Of a stretch of DNA of 64,000 nucleotides, positions 13,521-23,712 are shown one piece after another. The first letter of the stretch is position 1, and each line of letters opens with the position of its first letter. The notes under the pieces are model-generated. The model had not been told where the DNA came from, searched no databases, and saw only the letters and a list, made by a program, of their open reading frames with translations. The position numbers and the translations under genes were made by a program. Origin of the DNA: Azolla caroliniana (taxonomy: Eukaryota > Plantae > Polypodiophyta); contig JBHGNT010000005.1 of the NCBI GenBank assembly GCA_043228905.1, positions 15,252,001 through 15,316,000 on the forward strand. The letters run 5' to 3'.

Positions 13521-13736
13521 TTGGTGAACCCAATGTGAAAGAGCAGTAGGGGAGGACAGACACAGACGAAGACGATTTCGTGGAGATGATGTCGAAGATG
13601 ATGGTGGTTTTCACGAGGGCAAGGTGCAACGAAGAAGAAAAAAAACAAAAAAAATAAATGTTCACAACCTTTGGCCCCGCCACATCACTTTTTTCTTTGG
13701 CACATGCCGGAGGATGTGTGGTTTGGTGGGGGTGGA
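13521..13736 (+). mobile_element. Non-coding mini internal domain (PBS-Trp, short spacer, hairpin-PPT) of a TRIM-like non-autonomous element
   Basis: TGGTGAACCCAATGTGAA at 13522; homologous over its length to 18863-19063; ends GGTGGGGGTGGA before TGTCGTGG. Confidence 0.85.
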
Positions 13737-14237
13737 TGTCGTGGTGTGGAAGTTGTGGGGGTGGATGTCGTGGTGGGGGTGAATGTGCGGTTTGGTGGTG
13801 ATTCTTGGGCAACCCTACATAACATCATCAAGGATGGAGACTAAGGTGTTCGATAGTGGAGTAGCATTGGCTCAGGTGAAGAGTCTTGATGGTCAAAAGT
13901 CGGTTCAATTCTTGATAGTGTGAGCTAATCATGAGAGGAACTAAGATAGCCTCATAGATGAGGCCTTAGATTTTTAACACGGACTATTGAAGAATGGGGC
14001 AAAGATAGTCCGAGAAAAAGTAAGTTCCCGAAAAGAAGAAAGAAGCAAGAAGGAAAACTATATTTAGCACCTAATGGTGCGTGTGGGATGACTACACTCA
14101 ATGAGAGAGAGAAGCGCCAAGTTCAAAACTTTGAACATTGGCTAAAAGAACAAGGAATATTAGAAGAAGAAGACAAACATATCATGAGTCATGGAGGAAG
14201 CCTCATTTAACGATACAATCGGAGAATAGAGAGTATC

Positions 14238-16818
14238 GTGGACTTGAGCCCTCATGAGCAACATACGATTCAAGTCAACTCCATCAACATGTATACCGCC
14301 ATCAACGAATGCCGACGAAGGGTCATGGAGGAGTCGGTCAAAGTAAACACAAAATATAAATCAGTAGATAAGAAGGTCAAGCCGGTAACTATTCCATTAC
14401 CGGAGGATAGTTGGCAAAGGATGAAAGAAGTTACCAAGGATCCAAGTCTCAAAGACCCAAAAGGGATAGGCCATACCTTTTCCGATGAATCAAGAGGGAA
14501 ACTCCAAGTCAGGAAGGATGACTTCCTTCTCCCCGAAAAAGAAGAAAGGTTTCGAATGATGCTTGAGAGACATGGGAAAGCCTTTGCCTTCTCTCCACAA
14601 GAAATCGAATGTGTCAACCCGAAGATGATAGAGCCGATGGTGATATTTACGGTGCCGCATGTACCTTGGAACCTCAAGTTGATACTAGTTCCAAGAGCTC
14701 ACATTCAGAAGTTGATTGAGCTTTTAAAGGAAAAGGTTAGGATGGGAATTCTTGAGTCATCCAATGATCCCTACTCCAATAGATGATTTACGGTGCCGAA
14801 GAAGAACGGGTCCTTACGCTTTATTCAAGATCTCCAACCCATAAACAAGGTGACGATCTGAAATGCCGGAATTGGTCCAAGCGTGATGAATTTTCCAAAG
14901 ACTTCACGGGAAGATCAATCTATTCCATTGGTGATCTCTACTCGGGCTATGATCAATTTCGATTGTTAGTCGATAGTAGAGACATTACAACAATGAGGAC
15001 ACCGATCGGGTTGGTAAGGATGTGCACCTTACCCCAAGGTGTGACACACTCCGTAGCCCACATGGTGAATGCCATGAACAAAGTGTTAAAGGGTTGTATT
15101 CCTAATATCACAATGCCCTTCTTAGATGACATTCCGATCAACGGATGTTTGGTGGAAGAAAAAGATGAATCAAAAGATGAAGATGGTTGCCGAAGATTCG
15201 TCATCGATCATATAAAGGATAGCGAGAAGGTGTTGCAAAAGCTTGAGGATGCAAATCTTACGTTTTCGAGAGAGAAGTCCACATTTGGTCAACCAAAAAT
15301 ATTGGTAGTAGGACACTTGTGTGGATCTTATGGCCGGAAGCCATATGCATCCAAGGTGAATGCTATCCAAGAGATGAAAGATGAGTGTGAATCTCAAACA
15401 GAGGTGAGAAGATTCTTGGGAGCATCTGTGTTCTACCACATATGGATTCCACACTATGCCCATGTCGTTGAACCATTGTATGGACTACTAAAGAAAAGGA
15501 AGAAGTTTGAATGGGAAGACGAGCATACCTACGCGGTTCAAAAGTTGAAGAAACTATTATTGGAAGCTCTAGCTTTGCGTAAAGCCGACTACACTGAAGG
15601 TACCCTGATATATGTGATAGTGGATACGAGCCCAACCGGAATTGGATGGGTGATTAACCAAGAAGACAACGACAAAAATCATTATGCAATCCAATTCGGT
15701 GCAAAGGTGTTGACCGAAAGACAAAGAAAGTATGCCCAAGTAAAGAGAGAGCTATGGGGGATAGTATCGAAACGGGAATCATAATCGAAACCGATTGTCT
15801 ACCTATTCTTGGGATGATATCCGGTTGTGCTACACCGGATATTCCTATGCTACGATGGATTGCCTATATCAAGTCGCTCAACCCCGAGGTTCGACATATA
15901 ACTGGGAAACATAATGTGGTGGTTGATATGTTGTCAAGTGCAAGGTACTAGGGTGAAGAAGATCTGCGCTCCGATGAAGAGGATGTTGGCCTAAACTTCA
16001 TTACGGTTTCTTGTGCTCGGGTGCTAGCGGTGTTTAAAGTAGAAGATTATGAGGGTGAATTCATCGAAATTGGCAAGTACTTAAGCTCTCTTACAAAGGA
16101 TGAATCATGGTCAAAGGAAGACTTCTACCGAATTAGGAAGAAGGCCTACAAGTTCTTCCTCAAAGAAGGACATCTATGGAAGTTTCCAAAGAGGAAGAAT
16201 GGAACTCCACTTCAAGTGGTGTGCAAGAAACAATATCAAAAAACACTAATTGTTGAATTTCATGATAGTCTATGGGCAGGTCATCGAGGTATATGGGCAA
16301 CTTTTGCAAAGCTCAATGAGAAGTATTGGTGGCCGGGTGTTTACAAAGATGTAGCAAGCTATGTTGAAACATGTGCGCAATGCCAATTATACTCGAATGT
16401 TCAACATAGGGATGAAATTCATCCGACATATCCATTATCAATGCACTATAAGTGGTTGGTAGACATAGTGGTTATGCCAATGTGATTGTGGCAAATGAGA
16501 TACCTCGTGCTAGCAAGAGAGGATCTCACCAACCAAGTAGAAGGTCGGGCACTAAGGAATAAAACAACTTTGGTGGTTTGCAAGTTTCTCCTTGAAGATG
16601 TTATTTGTCGATACGGATGTGTCAATAAAATAGTAGCCGATAGAGGAGAATTAGATGCAAATGAAGCTAAAGAGTTTTTCTCAAGGATAGGCGTCAAATT
16701 ATCACTTACCATGGCATACAATCCAGAGGCAAATGGAAAGGTGGAGCGGGGACATAGCCCAATTGTAAAAGCTCTAGCAAAGGCTTGCGATAGGAAGATG
16801 GGGGATTGGCCACGATAA
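14238..16818 (+). pseudogene. pol: Decayed Gypsy pol (RT-RNase H-integrase) of the Trp-primed clan
   Basis: RT DLYSGYDQF, LPQG, PFLDDIP; RNase H VDTSPTGIG, ETDCLPILG; integrase HDSLWAGHRG...CAQC, ADRGE; frameshifts and stops; integrase truncated. Confidence 0.92.
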
Positions 16819-16940
16819 GAGAAGAGAGACCACAAATCCTGAAATCGAACCTCTAAACTCCGAGGTTTAAAAGGAATAAGCAATAACAACTAGCAATCAT
16901 TGGCACATACCGGAGGATGTGCAGGTTTGGTGGGGGTGGA

Positions 16941-18862
16941 TGTTGTGATGTTTCTAACACATTGTGAAACCACCCTCGAAAAGAAGTAAAATAGTAGTTT
17001 AAATAAACTAGTATTGTGAAGTCAACTTTATTGGTAGCAAAAATACTTTTTCATTTTGCCAAAGATATTTCCTTATAAATAAAAGGTCAAAAGATTGAAC
17101 TTTACAATAAATAATGATGAATATTAAGTTAGAGGTGGTTTTCAAAAGTAGACAAAAGTAGAGAAAAAAATAAGAAGCACGCGTGGATATGAGGAGCTAG
17201 AGAAAAAAGCTCATAATTTCCTCGTCAGATGTCCAAATTAGAAAAGAAAAGATGCATAAGAAATTTGGGGCTAGAAAACAGAAATAGTGAGGAAAAGAAT
17301 AGTCAATTCATATAGACAAACTTTTTTTTAGGGGAAAAAGGCAAGCAATCCTAAACCTATAAATAAGAGCCTATTCTAGTGAAGAAGGGGGGGAGGGAGA
17401 AGGAACGCGGAAGCTCTACTCAATTGGAAGGCAAAAGAAGAAGGATCAACAACATCGAGAGGCATCATCAACAATCACCTTCTTCTATATTTCACACTCT
17501 TCTTTCCTCCACCTATCTTCCCCCTTCCTTTATAAATTATCTCTCATTATCATATCAAACCAGTTGTAAAATTGATTCTTATGTTATAAAAGAATCTATT
17601 ATATTGTAATAAACTAATGTTTGGTTTCACCTACGTGTCTTATATGTTCTCGTCATTTGTGCTTATTTGTTTGTGTGTCTTGGGACAAGGGAGCATTTCG
17701 GGCTTGCCCATGCACCTCTCCTTTCACAAAGGCATTCAAACTTACGTATCTTATATGTTATTGTCATTTGTACTTATTTGTTTGCGTGTCTTGTGACAAG
17801 GGAGTGTTTCGGGCTTGCCCATGCACCTCTCCTTTCACAAAGGCATTCAAACTTTCGTGTCTTGCGTGTTAGTGCAAATCTTACTTGTGTGTTCATGTGA
17901 CTTGTGGCAAGGGAGTGTTCGGGCTTGCCCATGCATCTCTCCTTTCACAAAGGCATTCGAAATCATGTCTTGCGTGTTAGTGTAAATCTTGTTGGTGTGT
18001 TCGTGCGACTTGTGGAAAGGGAGCATTCGGGCTTGCCCATGCACCTCTCCTTTCACAAAGGCGTTCGAAATTGTGTCTCTCGTGTGTAAACCTTGCTTTT
18101 GTGTTCGCGTGTCTTGTAAAAAGGGAGCGTTCGGGCTTGCCCATGCACCTCTCTTTTCACAACGGCATTCGAAACTTTGTCTCTCATGTGTGTAAGTAAG
18201 CCTTTTCCTTGTGTGTCCGTGTGTAAGCCTTTCTCTCGTGCATTCGTTTGCGTGTTCACGTGTCTTGTAAAAAGGGAGCATTCGGGCTTGCCCATGCACC
18301 TCTCTTTTCACAACGGCATTCAAAACTCTGTCTCTCGTGTGTGTAAGTAAGCCTTTTCCTTGTGTGTCCGTGTGTAAGCCTTTCTCTCGTGCATTCGTTT
18401 GCGTGTTCACGTGTCTTGTAAAAAGGGAGCGTTCGGGCTTGCCCATGCACCTCTCTTTTCACAACGACATTCGAAACTCTGTATCTCGTGTGTGTAAGTA
18501 AGCCTTTTCCTTGTGTGTCCGTGTGTAAGCCTTTCTCTCGTGCATTCGTTTGCCTTGTGACTAGGGGTTGATTCGGGCTTGCCCATGCACCCCTTTCACA
18601 AACGCGTTTCTCGTGTGTGTAAGTAAGCCTTTTCCATGTGTGTCCATGTGTAAGCCTTTCTCACGTGCATTCGTTCGCCTTGTGACTAGGGGTTGATTCG
18701 GGCTTGCCCATGCACCTCTCCTTTTCACAAACGCATTCGAATACTCATGCCTTGTTTGTGTAAAACTTCCATGTGTTGTGCGTGTGAGCCCTATTTCCTT
18801 CCTGTCCATAACCCCGGCGGTTCCGCCTCACGATCCGCACATAGTGACGGATTTTCACGACA
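16941..18862 (+). mobile_element. Long LTR (family Y) containing a tandem hairpin array
   Basis: TGTTGTGA...TCACGACA termini; preceded by the hairpin-PPT module (16900-16940); TATA near 17358; followed by PBS-Trp. Confidence 0.85.
17680..18745 (+). repeat. Tandem array of about 9 units (105-151 bp) with a conserved hairpin core
   Basis: Core CGGGCTTGCCCATGCA near 17699, 17810, 17920, 18027, 18132, 18283, 18434, 18573 and 18699. Confidence 0.92.
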
Positions 18863-18870
18863 TAATAAAG

Positions 18871-18888
18871 TGGTGAACCCGACGTGAA
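18871..18888 (+). promoter_or_regulatory. Primer binding site complementary to tRNA-Trp 3' end
   Basis: TGGTGAACCCGACGTGAA is the reverse complement of the plant cytosolic tRNA-Trp 3' end as I recall it (TTCACGTCGGGTTCACCA); variants at 13522 and 58085-58102. Confidence 0.85.
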
Positions 18889-19063
18889 AGAGCGGTAGGG
18901 GAGGACAAAGATGGATGAAGAAGATATTATGTCAAAGCTGATGGTTGATTTTGTGCGGGCAAGGCGCAACGAAGGGAAGAAAACAAAGGTTGACAACCTT
19001 TGGCCTCACCACATCACTTTTAATTGGCACATGCCGGAGGATGTGCGGTTTGGTGGGGGTGGA

Positions 19064-19997
19064 TGCCGTGGTGTGGCGTGTGCATTGTGAGAAAAAGCAA
19101 GCTTCCACGCATATATTATAAAATCATATATAAATGAAAATAATAACTTGTAGTAGTTTAGTGGTTAAGCCTTACAAATATATATAAAGTTGTGTAGAGC
19201 TCGAGTCTTTCTTGCTACAAATCAAGGAGTATTTTGCTCCCCTTCTATTTTTGTGATAAAGGGAAAAAATCAAAGAAGCATGTAATGTTAAAATAGGCGC
19301 CTCTTTCCTCTATAAGAGGGGAGGAATAGGGCTTAGTATGGGGTCACCCATTTTGTCTTCTAGGGGTGTACCACCAGGGTTTCATCTTCTCCTCGGGTTA
19401 AGGTTTTGTAACTTCCCTTTCTCCTTATCCCTTTCTCTTTCTTCTTTTCCTTCTAGGGTTAGGGTTTGAGAGCTTCTTCTTTCTACTTCTCTTCTTTTCT
19501 CCTCAACATACTAGAGGAGTTAGGATTTTAGGGTTTGAGAGTTTTGCCTCTATTATACTTCTTACTCGAGATATTTTAGGGCTTCGATTCCTTATAATCA
19601 ACTTCTTCGGCATCTCGGTGGTAGACAACTCGGTAGCTAGTGGCATATGGCAAGTTGTAGTGGCATATGGCAAGTTGTAGTGGCATGAGAGCTACCCCGG
19701 ATCGAGGCAACATAGCTGTCAGAAGTAGTCAAACTCGGAGCCCATTAGACTCGCCTTCGGCAGTTTATTTTAGCCCATTTGGTTGATTTATAACCGATTT
19801 TTGTAATAACCACCGAAATCGTGGTGTCAAGTGTAGCAATTCTAATAAAAACAAAACCCTAATTTATATAAAAACTTATGCATATTTCCTCCATCTCTTT
19901 GTCATAATCTCCCACTGCCTCACCCCTTGTGTCTCCTTGGTCCAAGGCCCCGACGGTCCCGTTCAAGCGACACACGCACGCAAAACATTTTACGACA
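19064..19997 (+). mobile_element. LTR family X, right copy
   Basis: TGCCGTGG...TACGACA directly after the PPT module; right flank GCAT versus left flank GCGT at 12532-12535. Confidence 0.88.
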
Positions 19998-20630
19998 GCA
20001 TGGGAATGGGGGTGTGCACGGATGCACACAAAAATTGTCTTTATGTACAAACATGTGTAAATAACATAGACTAGTAAGTACTATGGAGTAGGATTTTGAT
20101 GGGTACTTTAATGTCCCACGAAAAGAGAAGAATAAAGCATGTGTGGGGAGGAAACAAGGGAGAATCGATGACAGAATCGGTTGTCTTAAATGTGATGTAA
20201 CAGACTCCCCTTGTGCTATAAAAGGGGAGGCTTTGAATAGTGTTGGGGATCCACCGTTTTGGAGAATGAAGTGTTGCCTGATTGAGATACGAGCTCTGTC
20301 GTTCCCTCCATTTTCCATTCTGTGCTGATTTCAGGAAAAAGGTGGAGTCCTCTGCTTGCATAGGAAGCCCATGTGCTCCCGACTAGAGGCCCGTCATTCT
20401 ATGTGCGAGTGTCGGGAGTTCAAAGCTCAATCCTATCGGCCGCATCTGGTTGCAATCTTCTATTTTCCTTTGTTAATTATTAGCATTTGGTGAGTCTCTA
20501 TTTGTGTTCGGTAATTCCATGCCATTTCCGTTTGTTGTGTTCTCATCTCTGTACTATTACTGTTTGAGTGCATGTGTTCGGTGTGTGAGCCCACGTGCTC
20601 ATTGTCCGTTGTCCAGACCGTGCTCCGACA
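19998..20630 (+). mobile_element. Remainder of the 3' LTR of element Z (starts 7237-7238 and 12491-12535; split by two insertions)
   Basis: Reconstructed termini TGTCG...CGACA; TATAAAA near 20217. Confidence 0.6.
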
Positions 20631-23326
20631 AAGTTATCTAGAAACCGATCCGGATAATCCCCTTTCCCTCTCAACTCCGGAACAACACTCCGGTGAGAGA
20701 ACTGTAGACGCCGACCCGGTTAACCTTCTTCCTTTACCGTCTTATTCTAAAGGTATATGGCTAGTCTAACCACTTCAACCCAGTAGAACTTGGGCATATA
20801 CTTCTCCACAACATTGCCCATGCAGCTTCCTCTATCGTTTGATTCTTCCGCTCAACCACATCATTCTGCTCCGGTGGGTATTTGCAAGAGAACTCGCGTC
20901 GAATTCCCTCCTTCTGCAGATAACTAGAGAAATGGTCAGAAAAGTACTCCTTTCAGCCATAGGTCGTGAAGCATTGATATTCCATCCGATTTCCCGTTCG
21001 GCAAGGCTCTTCACCTTCAAGAAACAAGAGAAGACTTCACTCTTCTTCTCGATCAGGCATGCCTAGGTATGTCAAGTGAAGTCATTGATGAAGGTCACGA
21101 AATATCGGCTCCCTCTGATGCTCATGTTCTGTGTTGGTTCCCACACATCTGAGTGGATCAAATCGAGCTTGTTTCGGCTCCGATTACGCTCATTTGGGAA
21201 TGGAAGTCGGTGATGCTTCCCTAATTGGTAGGCTTCGCAGACTTGGCCCTTTCGGCAAGCTGAAAACAATGTTTTTCGTCTCCATCTCTTGAAGCCGAGG
21301 AAGTTGACGTGGGCGAAGCGTTTGTGCCACAGGTCGATGTTCGATTCGACCTTTAGCCCTTTGGCAAACATAGCGGTGCAGACATTGTTCGTCTCGAGGA
21401 TAAACATCATCCCTTCTCGGTGCCCTTGCGCTATAATCTTGCCTTCTTCTTCAATGAAGCATCCGATATGAGTAAATTGAACTTGCATGCCTAGTTGACA
21501 ATTTGTCCGAACGACACCAAGTTCTTGGTGATTATCGGCACATGCAAGAAATTTCTCATTATTCCTCTCTAACCTGCATGGCTCAGAGGGACATCTCTGA
21601 TATGTTCAATGGGGTGAGGGGTGTCGTCACCAGTTTCGACAACCCCTGTCTTTTCCGGCTTCTCTAGTGTTGAGAACCACTCATTGTGATACGTCATATG
21701 GTTTGACGCTCCAGAATCCATATACCACACCACGTTCGACTTTGAGGTGTTCACCGCCATGGAGTTGGCCTTGTGCTTCATTACGAAGGTTGGGCCTATT
21801 CCAACTTGCCCTGAACCTTCGGCGTAGTGCAATCTTTGACGCCTATCTGTGTCACCTCGGTTCGAATCGGCACACTTTTTCCAACACTCTGTCTCATTGT
21901 GGCCCTTCCAGCCATAGTACCAATAGTCCGTCACAACCTTTCCTTTCAGCCTTCTGGTACCGCCTTGTCTCCCCTTGCTCGTGGAGGGTTTGAAACTGTT
22001 GTTGACATTTCGATCATGCCTCGGGTTCTGCTCCTATCGGTCGCCTCCAATGCGTGCCGACCCACTTTGTCCACCACGACCATGGGGCCGATTCGCCTCC
22101 GTGTACAACATCTTGATGGCGACATGTGTACTCATAGACGCACCCATGTTGTTCTCCTCTACCAGGTGCATCGACTGTAAGTCGAAAAATGACGTTGGCT
22201 TCTCTCTCACGGAGATAGCCGTCGAAATCGGCCCATATTTCTGAGCTAACCCATCAAGGTTGTTAAGATATCAAGCTCAACTAGTTTAATCTAGTTAGTC
22301 AACACATGTAACTTAGTAGTTACCTAGATCGAATCTAGTTAATGTGTTGACCTTAAGCCTTTAAATAGGACCTTGTACTTAAGTGGGATATTCTAGATCC
22401 TCCACTCCTTATTACATTTAATGTAGGACTTACACATAAGTACCTATGTTCTACCCACACATGTGCACCTTTGCACATGGGTTGTATATATACCTCATTG
22501 TGGGTATTTTTGTATGTGATGACACTTTTCAATATAGTCAATCATCCCCCATTTATCTTCGTGTTCATAACTGTAACTTCCTCTCTCTCTCTCTCTCTCT
22601 TCCTCTCACACACTCTCACGTGCATATCATACTAATCTTCCGTTGCTCAACGTAACCATATAATAGCCTCTAATTAACCCTAGTTAATTACCTAATTACT
22701 TAAAAGAGGTAGATCTGCACCATCTCATCTTCGTTCATAGTAACACAAATGGACCCAAGTGCATCACAGATCGCACGAGGTAAGGCAGTACAAGACTCGG
22801 CTTGCTGCTTGCTCCCAAGATGGGAAGTCTCTGTGTGTCGGCTCTGGTGGTACTTTGTTTGCTCCTTTGACGTAGTTCCAGTATCCGTGCTCAAGCAAGG
22901 ACCAAGATGCATAGTTTCTCCTATCGAGCTTTTCTGTCGGAAGTGAGCTTCCCATTCTTCAGTCCATGTTTTTGTTGTTTGGAAGGTAACTCTTCATCTA
23001 TGTGTTGACTTTCGCTCGCTTTTCTGTTGGCTGTAGACGATTCTCAACCCTCGCGCTCTGATACCATGTAAAAGAATACTTGCGAAAGCTTATGCAAAAC
23101 ATCGAGTACATAGTCGGTTATCTGGAATGCAACAATTAGGTAAACACAGAGGATGTAAGAGAAAGAGAGAGAGAGAGAGAGAGATTGAGTGAGCACATAG
23201 ACAAGATTGTGAGTCAATCATGTGTGGCGTTATTAATCCCTGTCGTCTTTCCCATTCAATTAGTTAGAGAGCACTACATTCTAAAGCCAAATACCTTGGG
23301 CAACAACCGCTTTTATCCCCACAACA
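20631..23326 (-). mobile_element. Decayed Ty1/Copia 5' half (relative of family B), with an LTR-like insert at ~22261-22652
   Basis: PBS TGGTATCAGAGC at 23055-23066; gag MGSSLPTEKLDRRNYASW, protease WYMDSGASNHM, integrase LWHKRFAH...LIHSDVW. LTR ~23067-23326, outer end uncertain. Confidence 0.85.
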
Positions 23327-23712
23327 CATACAATACATACATATATGATATATGTATATAAATATATATATATGTATATATATATGTATGTATGTATGTA
23401 TGTATGCGATTAAGTTCGTCTTAGCAGAGTGGCTCTCTCTCTCTCTCTCTCACTCAGTGCAGTGACAAAGCACTAAAATATCTTGCAACATCTATCTCCT
23501 CGTCGCTGAATTGGATTAGCCGACAGATTCCTTCCACATTCCACAAAAGATCTGGCTTCCTTCTACACAGTCAAAAGCACCGCGTGGAGAATGTGTATAA
23601 ACGGTGTTCCTCTCAAGTTTTGATTGTTCTCTGTATCTCCAGTGATGTTAATTTCGTGTGTTTCTCTTCTCTGTATTGCTTCTTCTCTTTCAGCGTAGCT
23701 GGTGGGGAAGGT

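Noticed and set aside
17680-18745. CRISPR-like repeat/spacer look
   Set aside because: Linkers are homologous to each other, the array lies inside an LTR, there are no cas genes and the context is eukaryotic.
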